A stretch of 63,643 nt of DNA, the filler included. It is 5 parts of 5 records of this genome, joined end to end, with 100 filler letters (N's around TTAATTAATTAA, not from the genome) between each part and the next. Parts side by side here need not be neighbours in the genome. Positions count along the whole stretch, not along the records: positions 1 to 12,609 come from DRR723986_10791; positions 12,710 to 43,632 come from DRR723986_10799; 3 more parts are not named here. One strand, written 5' to 3'. Of the stretch, positions 9,739 to 18,576 are shown piece after piece. Below the pieces are notes generated by a model. It made no database searches. It had not been told where the DNA came from and was given only the letters and a program-made list of their open reading frames with translations. Position 1 is the first letter of the stretch. Each line of letters begins with the position of its first letter. A program made the position numbers and the translations under genes.

Positions 9739-10965
9739 ATGCACAGACATTTATCAACCGTTTTGCTAACTGCAGCTATTTGGATATTTGGTTTTTTCTC
9801 GCCAGCATTGGCAGAAGATTACGCGCTGATAAACGGCAAAATTTTCAACGGCGTTGATAATAAGATTATCGACGGCCAAACAGTTTTCATCCGTGATGGG
9901 AAAATCAATGTTATTGCCAGTGCCGACGTTGATATCAGCCCCGACTACACAGTTATCGACCTGGAGGGGTATTACCTTATGCCAGGCATGTTTGATGTGC
10001 ATACGCACCTGGCAACACTTGCTCAGGCGCGGCGGGCGCTTGTCTCAGGTGTCACTACAGTTCGCAGCGCCAGCGTTAAGGCATATGAAGATGTTGCCCT
10101 GCGCGAACTTGTGCGCAGTGGGGCGCTAGAAGGGCCAGATGTGGTCGCTGCCGGAGTCTATGTTACCCCCAAATTGGGCGAGACAGTTTTGGCCGACCCT
10201 CGCCTCGCGGCTTTGCACGGCGGCGTCAATACTGATGAGGAACTACGAACACTGGTACGGGTTAATATTGACCGCGGTGCTGACGTGATCAAAACCCGCG
10301 GGACCGAACGCGCTGGCCTTGCAACAACCGACCCGCGGCAGCAGGTTTATACCGAACGGCAATTAAAGGTAGTTGTCGATGAAGCCGCCAAACATAATGT
10401 GCCGGTTCTGGTGCATGCACACGGCGATGAAGGCGGCATGGCCGCGGTAAAAGCCGGTGCGCGCAGTATTGAACACGGCACCTATCTTTCAGATGAAACG
10501 TTATCGCTAATGCAGGAACGCGGCACGTGGCTGGTGCCAACCTATGTCACCATGAACGAAATGAACGAAGAGCAATACGATCATGTTCTCAGGTTGCGCG
10601 GCAAGCACATGATACCGCATTTGGAGCGGGTTATTCGCAGCGCCCATAAAATGGGGGTAAAGTTCGCCACCGGGGCCGACAATTATTATGACAATAAGTC
10701 CACCAACCGAATTTCCATCGAGGTTGAGCATTTTACACGGTTGGGCATGAGCAATTTTGAGGCACTGCAAACCGCCACTGTTAGTTCTGCCGACCTTTTG
10801 GGCCTCGGCAACACCACAGGCCAAATTACCGAAGGCTATGAAGCCGATATGATTCTGGTTCCCGCGAACCCGCTTGAAAACATTGCAGCCTTGCAAGACG
10901 TATTGATGGTAATCAGCAACGGTCAAGTTGCCCTTAAACGCATCCCTTTCGGCGTCAGCGAATAA
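9739..10965 (+). CDS. Exported metal-dependent amidohydrolase (Xaa-Pro dipeptidase-like)
   Basis: Signal peptide ending ALA-E; DVHTH, VIKTRGT, HAHG, IEHG, GAD motifs. Confidence 0.88.
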   Translation: MHRHLSTVLLTAAIWIFGFFSPALAEDYALINGKIFNGVDNKIIDGQTVFIRDGKINVIASADVDISPDYTVIDLEGYYLMPGMFDVHTHLATLAQARRALVSGVTTVRSASVKAYEDVALRELVRSGALEGPDVVAAGVYVTPKLGETVLADPRLAALHGGVNTDEELRTLVRVNIDRGADVIKTRGTERAGLATTDPRQQVYTERQLKVVVDEAAKHNVPVLVHAHGDEGGMAAVKAGARSIEHGTYLSDETLSLMQERGTWLVPTYVTMNEMNEEQYDHVLRLRGKHMIPHLERVIRSAHKMGVKFATGADNYYDNKSTNRISIEVEHFTRLGMSNFEALQTATVSSADLLGLGNTTGQITEGYEADMILVPANPLENIAALQDVLMVISNGQVALKRIPFGVSE

Positions 10966-10971
10966 ACCGCA

Positions 10972-12609
10972 TCAATGCGTATGCGCACCGCCCGCGCCTG
11001 ACGGCACCCGTATGGTTTCAACCAAATCCTGCACTTCTTGCGGTGTGCTGGCGGTGAAGTGTTTAACCAAGAACGCTGCACCAATATTCACGAACATTCC
11101 AACAAACCCAATGCCTTCTGGTGAAATACCAAACAGCCAATTGTCCGTAACATTCAACTCTGGCGACACAAACTTAAAGTAAACGATGTAGCTAAAGGTG
11201 AAGGTAAGGCCTGCCAGCATACCGGCGATCGCCCCTTCCTTATTCATGACTTTGGTGAATATGCCCATGATAATAGCAGGGAAAAGGCTGGCAGCAGCAA
11301 GACCAAAGGCGAAAGCAACCACTTGCGCAACAAAACCCGGCGGATTAATGCCGAAATAGCCAGCAATCAAAATCGCTACAATAGCCGCCAACCGCGCGGC
11401 GCGAAGTTCCTGCGCGTCACTAATGTTAGGCATGAAGGTTTTCTTCATGACATCATGGCTGATCGACGATGAAATCACCAATAGCAAGCCTGCAGCCGTA
11501 GAAAGAGCCGCCGCAAGCGAACCGGCAGCCACCAGCGCCACTACCCAGCCCGGCAACCCTGCAATTTCGGGGTTGGCCAGCACCATGATATCACGGTCTA
11601 CATAGGCCTCATTCGCGTTATCGGTTGGCGGGTTCGTAACAGTTCGTTCACCTGAAGCACCGCGCTTATCACCGTCGAAATCAGGTTTGCCGACAAAAGG
11701 CGCGCCAGCGCTATATTGAATAACGCCGTCCGCATTTTTATCTTTCCAGGCAACAAGGCCAAGATCTTCATAGTTTTTGTAAACCTCAGCAACCTCGCTG
11801 TAAGGCGTGTCATTGACGCTGTCGATAAAGTTAATGCGCGCAAAAGCCCCCACCGCCGGTGCGGTGGTATAAAGAATGGCAATAAACACCAAGGCCCACC
11901 CGGCTGATGTACGAGCGTCAGACGCTTTAGGTACCGTGAAGAAACGTACAATAACGTGCGGCAGGCCCGCGGTGCCGAGCATAAGAGCCGCCGTTATAGC
12001 AAAGATATCAACCATTGATTTGCTGCGCTCGGTATAGGCGTTAAAGCCAAGGTCCACCAGCACTGCATCCAACTTTTCCAGCACATACATGCCTGAACCG
12101 TCGGCCACCTCAGACCCCAAACCCAGTTGCGGAATTGGATTGCCGGTTATTAGCATTGAGATAAAGATAGCAGGCACCGTGTAAGCGAAAATAAGCACGC
12201 AGTACTGTGCCACCTGCGTGTAGGTAATGCCTTTCATGCCGCCCAAAACCGCATAGAAAAACACGATGGTCATACCGATGATAACGCCCATGTCGATATC
12301 AACTTCAAGGAAGCGGCTGAACACGATGCCAACACCGCGCATCTGCCCGGCCACATAGGTAAAGCTGATAAAGATCAGGCACACAACCGCCACAAGCCGG
12401 GCTGTGTCAGAGTAATAGCGTTCACCAATAAAGTCGGGCACGGTGAATTTACCAAACTTTCGCAGGTACGGAGCCAGTAGAAGCGCCAGCAACACATAGC
12501 CACCAGTCCAGCCCATAAGGTACACCGAGCCATCATAGCCCAGAAAAGCGATCAACCCTGCCATCGAAATGAAGGAGGCCGCCGACATCCAGTCAGCCGC
12601 TGTCGCCAT
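10972..12609 (-). CDS. Sodium:solute symporter, ActP-like cation/acetate symporter family (5' truncated)
   Basis: MATAADWMSAASFISMAG, GGMKGITYTQVAQY, GTAGLPHVIVRFFTV, DKNADG loop, AALSTAAGLLL; ORF begins at contig edge. Confidence 0.9.
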   Translation of the reverse strand: MATAADWMSAASFISMAGLIAFLGYDGSVYLMGWTGGYVLLALLLAPYLRKFGKFTVPDFIGERYYSDTARLVAVVCLIFISFTYVAGQMRGVGIVFSRFLEVDIDMGVIIGMTIVFFYAVLGGMKGITYTQVAQYCVLIFAYTVPAIFISMLITGNPIPQLGLGSEVADGSGMYVLEKLDAVLVDLGFNAYTERSKSMVDIFAITAALMLGTAGLPHVIVRFFTVPKASDARTSAGWALVFIAILYTTAPAVGAFARINFIDSVNDTPYSEVAEVYKNYEDLGLVAWKDKNADGVIQYSAGAPFVGKPDFDGDKRGASGERTVTNPPTDNANEAYVDRDIMVLANPEIAGLPGWVVALVAAGSLAAALSTAAGLLLVISSSISHDVMKKTFMPNISDAQELRAARLAAIVAILIAGYFGINPPGFVAQVVAFAFGLAAASLFPAIIMGIFTKVMNKEGAIAGMLAGLTFTFSYIVYFKFVSPELNVTDNWLFGISPEGIGFVGMFVNIGAAFLVKHFTASTPQEVQDLVETIRVPSGAGGAHTH

Positions 12610-12709
12610 NNNNNNNNNNNNNNNNNNNNNNNNNNNNNNNNNNNNNNNNNNNNTTAATTAATTAANNNNNNNNNNNNNNNNNNNNNNNNNNNNNNNNNNN
12701 NNNNNNNNN
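12610..12709. other. Artificial contig linker
   Basis: 44 N + TTAATTAATTAA (stops in all six frames) + 44 N. Confidence 0.98.
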
Positions 12710-12756
12710 CCCCTTGCACCCCATGCAAGTGCGCTACCAGGCTGCGCTACATTCCG
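12710..12756 (-). tRNA. tRNA-Pro(GGG), 3' part truncated by contig end
   Basis: Minus strand CGGAATGTAGCGCAGCCTGGTAGCGCACTTGCATGGGGTGCAAGGGG; anticodon arm CTTGC-AT GGG GT-GCAAG; usual position after ihfA-merR. Confidence 0.92.
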
Positions 12757-12782
12757 AGAAGGCTGGATTATACATGAAACGC

Positions 12783-13166
12783 CTAGGCTTTCAGGGCTTC
12801 GCGCAAATTTAGCAATTGTTCTTTCAAAACTTCACGATCAATCAAAATGGGCAGTGGCGCGTCACCGGCAGGACCATTTTTTTCCTGATCCAAACGGTTA
12901 CGTGCACCATTGATGGTGAAGCCATGCTCGTAGAGCAATTCACGAATTCTGCGAATGAACAGCACCTCATGGTGCTGGTAGTAACGGCGATTACCTCGGC
13001 GGGTAATCGACTTCAATTGCGTGAATTCTTGCTCCCAATAGCGAAGCACATGGGTTTTTACGCCACACAGCTCACTGACCTCACCAATGGTGAAATAGCG
13101 CTTGGCCGGAATGGGCGGCAAGCTGGCTGTGGGTGGCGCTCCGTCGGCGTTTACGGTTTTTTGCAT
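12783..13166 (-). CDS. MerR-family transcriptional regulator
   Basis: PAKRYFTIGEVSELCGVKTHVLRYWEQEF...RRYY; conserved gene after ihfA. Confidence 0.93.
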   Translation of the reverse strand: MQKTVNADGAPPTASLPPIPAKRYFTIGEVSELCGVKTHVLRYWEQEFTQLKSITRRGNRRYYQHHEVLFIRRIRELLYEHGFTINGARNRLDQEKNGPAGDAPLPILIDREVLKEQLLNLREALKA

Positions 13167-13203
13167 TGAGTAATTGGCTTGTACTTAAATAATTTAGTGA
13201 AAA

Positions 13204-13572
13204 TTATTCAACCAAAGCTTTAAGTTTCTGGCTGGGATGAAAGGTTACCACTCTACGCGCTGCAATGGGAATCTCTTCGCCAGTTTTTGGGTTTCTGCCA
13301 GGCCGTTGGGGCTTGTCGCGTAACTGGAAATTGCCAAAACCCGACAATTTCACGGAATCGCCGCCTTCCAGTGTGGTGCGAATTTCATCAAAAAATGCAT
13401 CCACGAAGTCTTTGGCTTCGCGCTTGTTCAGGCCCAGGCTGTCAAACAACATTTCAGCCAGTTCAGCCTTGGTCAGGGAGCCCGAGGCCAGACCGTCTTC
13501 AATCAGGTCCATGCGGTCAGAGCGGGCAGTCATTTCGTTGCTTCGGTCGTCGTTCAACACAAATTGATCCAC
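13204..13572 (-). CDS. ihfA: Integration host factor alpha subunit (start uncertain; N-terminal extension)
   Basis: LTKAELAE...GLNKREAK...[30 protein letters not shown]; follows pheT. Confidence 0.95.
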   Translation of the reverse strand: MDQFVLNDDRSNEMTARSDRMDLIEDGLASGSLTKAELAEMLFDSLGLNKREAKDFVDAFFDEIRTTLEGGDSVKLSGFGNFQLRDKPQRPGRNPKTGEEIPIAARRVVTFHPSQKLKALVE

Positions 13573-13598
13573 AGTGAGTTCTACCTATTTATCAATAT

Positions 13599-16046
13599 TT
13601 ATCGCAAACGGGCCGCACAACGCTGGCCTGCCTGCTCAATCATTTTTTTCAACAAAGGCTCGATGTCTGCATCAGTCAAGCTGCGGTCGCTCGCTTGAAG
13701 GGTCAGCCTGAAAGCCAAACTTTTCTCATTTAGATTCAGACCCTTACCTTCTTCTTTCGGTACGAATTCATCGAAAAGGATAACCGATTTCAGCCAAGCA
13801 AGGTTGTCATCTTTCACTTCCGTGAATGCTTTTTTAAGTTGCGCAGCAGCAATATTTTGCTCTACTACAAATGCCAGGTCTCGAACTACAACCGGCTGCC
13901 TCGAAACTTCCTTGAAAGCAGGCAATTTACGGGTGTTCAAACCATCCAGCAACAACTCAAACACGATCGGAGCCTGTGGCAGATCGTATTCTTGGGCCAA
14001 CCTGGGGTGCAGTTCACCGATAAAACCAATCGGTTGCCTGTTTACCAAAACGCGGGCACAGCGACCTGGATGCAAAGCTGGATGGGGGTTTGTAGCATCA
14101 AATGCTTCAAAATCCACCTTGCGACCATGCAACAGTTGCTCCACATCGCCTTTCACATCGAAAAAGTCGAGTGCACGGTTATTACTTGCGGCCCATTGCA
14201 ATTGGTCTGCCAAGCCATACGCCAAACCGCCGAGTTTCCAGGTTTGCTTGAAGCCCGCGACGGTTTGTGCGCCGTCTTGCACTTTGTCGTCTTTCTCGAA
14301 AACGCGGGCCACTTCAAACACACGCAGGCGGTCTACACGATGACCCAAATTGTGTTTCAACACACCAGTCAGGCTGCCAATCAAGGTAGAGCGCATCACA
14401 CTGAGGTGGCTTGCAATTGGATTGAGCAGGCGAACCGGGTTGGTATTCGCATTGAAATCTGTTTCCCACTGTTCGGGCGTGAAACTGTAGCTAACTACTT
14501 CTTGGTAACCCAGCGCAGCCACTTGACGGCGAATGGCATGGCGGCCAACTTTACCTTCAACAGCAGGCAGCATTTTCAGCTTGCCCATGGGTGCTCGCAA
14601 AGGCAGGCTGTCGTAGCCCACCACACGAATCACTTCCTCGATCAGGTCCTCTTCGATGTTGATGTCGAAGCGATAGCTGGGTGGGTTGACCACATAAGAA
14701 ATCGCCTCTTTTCGCCCGTCGATCGCCTGCCCTTCAACGCTAAACTGGAAGCCCAGTTTGGTAAACACGTCTTTCACCTGCTCCACCGTAAATGGCATGC
14801 CGATCACCATTTCCGCGCGCGCATGGCGCAGCGTCACGGGCTTGCGTGCGGGCAGGTTCAACACCTGGTCCACCACTGGGCCGGCCTGACCACCACAAAT
14901 TTCCAGAATCAGGGCAGTGATGCGTTCGATGTGTTCAGGAATGGTCTGGAAGTCCACGCCACGCTCGAAGCGGTGTGAGGCATCAGACGAAAAATTGAAT
15001 TCACGGGCACGGCCCACAATGGCGTCGGGATGCCAGAATGCCGCCTCCAAGAAAATATTGGTGGTACCTTCGTTCACTGCAGTGTGATCGCCGCCCATGA
15101 TGCCAGCCAGCGCCTCCGGGCCATTGGCATCGCAAATCACTCCCATGTGCGGCTTCAAGGCAACTTCCATCTCGTTGAGCAGCTTCAGTTTTTCACCTTC
15201 GCGCGCCCAACGCACGGTGAGTCCACCCTGCACTTTGTCCAGGTCGAATACATGGCTGGGACGGCCCAGTTCAAGCATCACGTAGTTGGAAATGTCCACC
15301 AGTGCGTTCAAGCTACGCTGGCCCGCGCCTTCCAGACGATCAACCATCCACTGAGGAGTTTTTGCATGGTTGTTCACACCGCGAATAACACGCCCTGCAA
15401 AGCGACCACAAAGGTCAGTGTTTTCCACGGTAACGTCCAACACATCGCTAATGGTGGCGGTCACTGGTACCAACGAAGGTGGGTTCAAAGCTGCACCAGT
15501 GAGCGCGGCCACCTCGCGGGCCACGCCCCAAACGCTTAGGCAGTCGGCGCGATTGGGCGTCATTTTCAGGGTGAACTTCATCTCGTTCAGGCCGAGCAGT
15601 TCACGCACATTGCCGCCCACCGGGAATTCTTCGCTCAGAATGTGCAAACCATCAACATCGCTGGGCACACCCAGTTCTTTGCCAGAGCACAACATGCCAC
15701 CGCTTTCAACGCCGCGCATTTTGGTGGGTTTGATTTTGAAACCACCAGGCAATTCGGCGCCAGGCAAAGCGCATGGCACCTTCAGCCCTTCGGCCACATT
15801 GGGGGCACCGCACACAATTTGACGCACATCGCCTTCGGCCACTTGTACTTGGCACACACTTAAGCGGTCGGCATCGGGGTGCTTGTCTTTCTTAAGAACC
15901 AAACCCACCACCACACCAGAAAACTCCGGGGCGATCGGTTCCAGTTCTTCCACTTCCAAACCCGCCATGGTGAGCTTGTCGCCCAACTCTTGAGTGTTCA
16001 ATGGTGTGTTGACGAGTGACTTCAACCAGGATTCTGTGAATTGCAT
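13599..16046 (-). CDS. pheT: Phenylalanine--tRNA ligase beta subunit
   Basis: MQFTESWL, HPDADRL, IVCGAPNV, TPNRADCLS, RFERGVD, C-terminal anticodon-binding RDLAFVV. Confidence 0.98.
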   Translation of the reverse strand: MQFTESWLKSLVNTPLNTQELGDKLTMAGLEVEELEPIAPEFSGVVVGLVLKKDKHPDADRLSVCQVQVAEGDVRQIVCGAPNVAEGLKVPCALPGAELPGGFKIKPTKMRGVESGGMLCSGKELGVPSDVDGLHILSEEFPVGGNVRELLGLNEMKFTLKMTPNRADCLSVWGVAREVAALTGAALNPPSLVPVTATISDVLDVTVENTDLCGRFAGRVIRGVNNHAKTPQWMVDRLEGAGQRSLNALVDISNYVMLELGRPSHVFDLDKVQGGLTVRWAREGEKLKLLNEMEVALKPHMGVICDANGPEALAGIMGGDHTAVNEGTTNIFLEAAFWHPDAIVGRAREFNFSSDASHRFERGVDFQTIPEHIERITALILEICGGQAGPVVDQVLNLPARKPVTLRHARAEMVIGMPFTVEQVKDVFTKLGFQFSVEGQAIDGRKEAISYVVNPPSYRFDINIEEDLIEEVIRVVGYDSLPLRAPMGKLKMLPAVEGKVGRHAIRRQVAALGYQEVVSYSFTPEQWETDFNANTNPVRLLNPIASHLSVMRSTLIGSLTGVLKHNLGHRVDRLRVFEVARVFEKDDKVQDGAQTVAGFKQTWKLGGLAYGLADQLQWAASNNRALDFFDVKGDVEQLLHGRKVDFEAFDATNPHPALHPGRCARVLVNRQPIGFIGELHPRLAQEYDLPQAPIVFELLLDGLNTRKLPAFKEVSRQPVVVRDLAFVVEQNIAAAQLKKAFTEVKDDNLAWLKSVILFDEFVPKEEGKGLNLNEKSLAFRLTLQASDRSLTDADIEPLLKKMIEQAGQRCAARLR

Positions 16047-16087
16047 CTTTTAATATCCAAAACTGGCTTGTTTAAACCGAATTAAAC

Positions 16088-17095
16088 TTAATTGAATTGC
16101 TGCAGAAAACGAATGTCGTTTTCGTAGAACAGGCGCAAGTCGTTGATGCCGTAACGCAGCATGGTCAAGCGATCGGGGCCCACACCAAACGCAAACCCTG
16201 TGTAGGTTTCAGGGTCGATGCCCACGTGGCGCAATACATTGGGGTGCACTTGCCCGCAACCGGCAATTTCCAGCCACTTGCCCTTGTTGGGGCCGCTGGT
16301 AAACGCCATGTCAATTTCCGCAGAGGGTTCCGTGAAGGGGAAGAACGAAGGGCGAAACCGAATGGTGATGTCGTCGGTTTCGAAAAAGGTTTTCAGGAAA
16401 TCCATGAACACCGCTTTCAAATCAGCAAAGCTGACACCCTGGTCAATCCACAACCCTTCAACCTGGTGAAACATGGGCGAGTGGGTGGCATCGCTGTCCA
16501 CGCGATACACACGGCCCGGCGCAATGATGCGAATGGGCGGAGTATTGGTTTGCATGTAGCGCACCTGCATTGGTGAAGTATGCGTACGCAGCAGGTTGCC
16601 GCCAGTGCCCTCAACATAGAAGGTGTCATGCATGGAACGCGCAGGGTGATTTTCCGGCGTATTCAATGCAGTAAAGTTGTGGAAGTCGGTTTCAATTTCA
16701 GGACCGTCGGCCAAATCAAAGCCAATGGTGGTAAAAATTTCTTCAATGCGCTCAAGCGTTCGCATGGCGGGGTGCAAACCGCCTGTGCCGCGCATGCGGC
16801 CGGGTTTGGTTACATCAATCGCTTGCGCCCGCAGTTTCGCCTGCATGGCGGCATCGGCCAGCGCTTGCCGTTTGGCATTCAACACAGCCTCAACCTGCTG
16901 TTTCAATTGGTTGATTTCCGCGCCACGGGTTTTCTTTTCTTCGGGCGACAGCGCGGCCATGCCTTTAAGCAGCTCGGTGACTTTGCCTTGCTTGCCCAAA
17001 AACTGGGCCTTGATGTTTTCAAGACTGGCTGGGTCTGTTGCCGAGGACATGGCCTGTTCGGCCTCGGTAAGAATGGCTAAAAGCGAAGCATCCAT
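16088..17095 (-). CDS. pheS: Phenylalanine--tRNA ligase alpha subunit
   Basis: [44 protein letters not shown]. Confidence 0.98.
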   Translation of the reverse strand: MDASLLAILTEAEQAMSSATDPASLENIKAQFLGKQGKVTELLKGMAALSPEEKKTRGAEINQLKQQVEAVLNAKRQALADAAMQAKLRAQAIDVTKPGRMRGTGGLHPAMRTLERIEEIFTTIGFDLADGPEIETDFHNFTALNTPENHPARSMHDTFYVEGTGGNLLRTHTSPMQVRYMQTNTPPIRIIAPGRVYRVDSDATHSPMFHQVEGLWIDQGVSFADLKAVFMDFLKTFFETDDITIRFRPSFFPFTEPSAEIDMAFTSGPNKGKWLEIAGCGQVHPNVLRHVGIDPETYTGFAFGVGPDRLTMLRYGINDLRLFYENDIRFLQQFN

Positions 17096-17162
17096 GGGTA
17101 TTGGGTCGATTCTTTTTGAGATTGGAACGGCTTTGAGTAGAGCCCTGAATTGTACCGCCTGA

Positions 17163-17197
17163 AAACAAAAACGGAGCCCGAGAGCTCCGTTTTGTTT
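17163..17197 (-). terminator. Intrinsic terminator after rplT
   Basis: ACGGAGC/GCTCCGT stem flanked by A and T tracts. Confidence 0.75.
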
Positions 17198-17270
17198 AGT
17201 CTTTTCGCCAACTTAAGTGAAAAACCTCAGGGGGCTACACTTGTGACAAATATTTGACTTGGCTGGTGAA

Positions 17271-17627
17271 TTAAGCCTGCGCTGCGCGCACTTGACCCAC
17301 GATGGCAGCAAACGCTGCTTTGTCGGTCACTGCCAGGTCAGCCAATACCTTGCGGTCCAGGCCAATGGCAGCTTTCTTCAAGCCATTGATAAACACGCTG
17401 TAGGTCATGCCGTGTTCACGCACTGCGGCGTTGATTCGGGTGATCCACAGGGCGCGGAATACGCGCTTCTTGTTGCGACGGTCACGGTATGCGTACTGAC
17501 CAGCACGCATCACCGCTTGCTTGGCAACGCGGAATACATTGTTACGACGACCGCGGAAGCCTTTGGCTTGTGCGATTACTTTTTTGTGACGGGCGCGAGC
17601 CGTTACACCACGTTTTACTCTAGGCAT
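17271..17627 (-). CDS. rplT: 50S ribosomal protein L20
   Basis: [16 protein letters not shown]...[23 protein letters not shown]. Confidence 0.99.
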   Translation of the reverse strand: MPRVKRGVTARARHKKVIAQAKGFRGRRNNVFRVAKQAVMRAGQYAYRDRRNKKRVFRALWITRINAAVREHGMTYSVFINGLKKAAIGLDRKVLADLAVTDKAAFAAIVGQVRAAQA

Positions 17628-17643
17628 TTGTCACTCCTCCCGG

Positions 17644-17841
17644 TTATGCGTAAGGCATCATGTCGCGAACGCGACCGATGTCAGATTTGTGAATCGTTTC
17701 CATGCCGCGCAATTGACGCTTGCTTTTGGTCGTTTTCTTGGTGAGGATGTGGCGCTTAAAGGCGTGACCACGCTTGATCGATCCGCTTGAACGGACCAAG
17801 AAACGCTTGGAGGCGCTCTTTTTGGTCTTCATTTTGGGCAT
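17644..17841 (-). CDS. rpmI: 50S ribosomal protein L35
   Basis: [14 protein letters not shown]...HILTKK...KRQLR; AGGAG RBS supports start at 17841. Confidence 0.98.
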   Translation of the reverse strand: MPKMKTKKSASKRFLVRSSGSIKRGHAFKRHILTKKTTKSKRQLRGMETIHKSDIGRVRDMMPYA

Positions 17842-17954
17842 CTTGGTGCTCCTATTACTGTTCAATATTTATTGAACCTGCTTGCAGGTGGCTTCGACGA
17901 AGCACTTTTCTAACCTGGTGGGCAATTTGTTGCTTTGTGGTTTTACGCACAATG

Positions 17955-17997
17955 CAGCAAGCCCGCGATTATAACGCGGGTTTGCTGTTCTGGGCAA
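17955..17997 (-). promoter_or_regulatory. Putative sigma70 promoter of rpmI-rplT
   Basis: Minus strand TTGCCC-N18-TATAAT followed by GC-rich CGCGGG; -10 lies in the loop of a 13-bp inverted repeat. Confidence 0.6.
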
Positions 17998-18027
17998 TAC
18001 TTTTGGAAAACTTCAGGCTTTCGGTAA

Positions 18028-18546
18028 TTACTTCTTGCGCGGCGCAATCATCATGACCATTTGGCGACCTTCCATTTTGGGCATTTGCTCAACTACGCCA
18101 ATCTCATCGAGATCGGTGCGAACACGCTCCAACAGTCGGGCCCCAATATCCTGGTGAGCCATTTCACGTCCGCGAAAACGCAAGGTCACCTTGCACTTGT
18201 CACCGTCTTCCAAAAAACGGGTCAAGTTACGAAGTTTCACGTTGTAATCGCCGTCGTCTGTTCCAGGACGGAACTTGATTTCCTTGATTTGAACTTGTTT
18301 TTGTTTGGACTTGGCCTCGGCAGCTTTCTTCTGCTCTTGGTAGCGGAACTTGCCGTAATCCATCAGCTTGGCCACCGGGGGCACTGCCTGAGGCGCAATT
18401 TCCACCAAATCCACACCGCCTTCTTCAGCCATACGCAGGGCGTCTGGTGTTTTAACGATGCCTAACTGCTCACCCTCAATTCCAATGAGGCGCACTTCGG
18501 GGATACGGATTTCCTCGTTAATGCGATTTTTCTTTTCTGCTACGAT
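18028..18546 (-). CDS. infC: Translation initiation factor IF-3, non-canonical ATC start
   Basis: In-frame extension (I)[21 protein letters not shown] upstream of ORF-track start; AAGAGG RBS 6 nt before [20 protein letters not shown] motifs. Confidence 0.95.
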   Translation of the reverse strand: MVAEKKNRINEEIRIPEVRLIGIEGEQLGIVKTPDALRMAEEGGVDLVEIAPQAVPPVAKLMDYGKFRYQEQKKAAEAKSKQKQVQIKEIKFRPGTDDGDYNVKLRNLTRFLEDGDKCKVTLRFRGREMAHQDIGARLLERVRTDLDEIGVVEQMPKMEGRQMVMMIAPRKK

Positions 18547-18576
18547 GTCTAGCCTCTTTCTTCTGGTTAAATAAAA

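Noticed and set aside
12654-12665. TTAATTAATTAA recurring four times, possibly a repeat family or CtrA-like site
   Set aside because: Always centred in N runs of fixed length; it is an assembly linker.
13804-15863. Long plus-strand ORFs (for example 379 aa at 13839-14978) opposite pheT
   Set aside because: Antisense shadows of a codon-biased gene with no recognisable motifs.
17096-17270. pheM-like attenuator leader peptide upstream of pheS
   Set aside because: No Phe-rich short ORF on the minus strand; the hairpin is explained as the rplT terminator.
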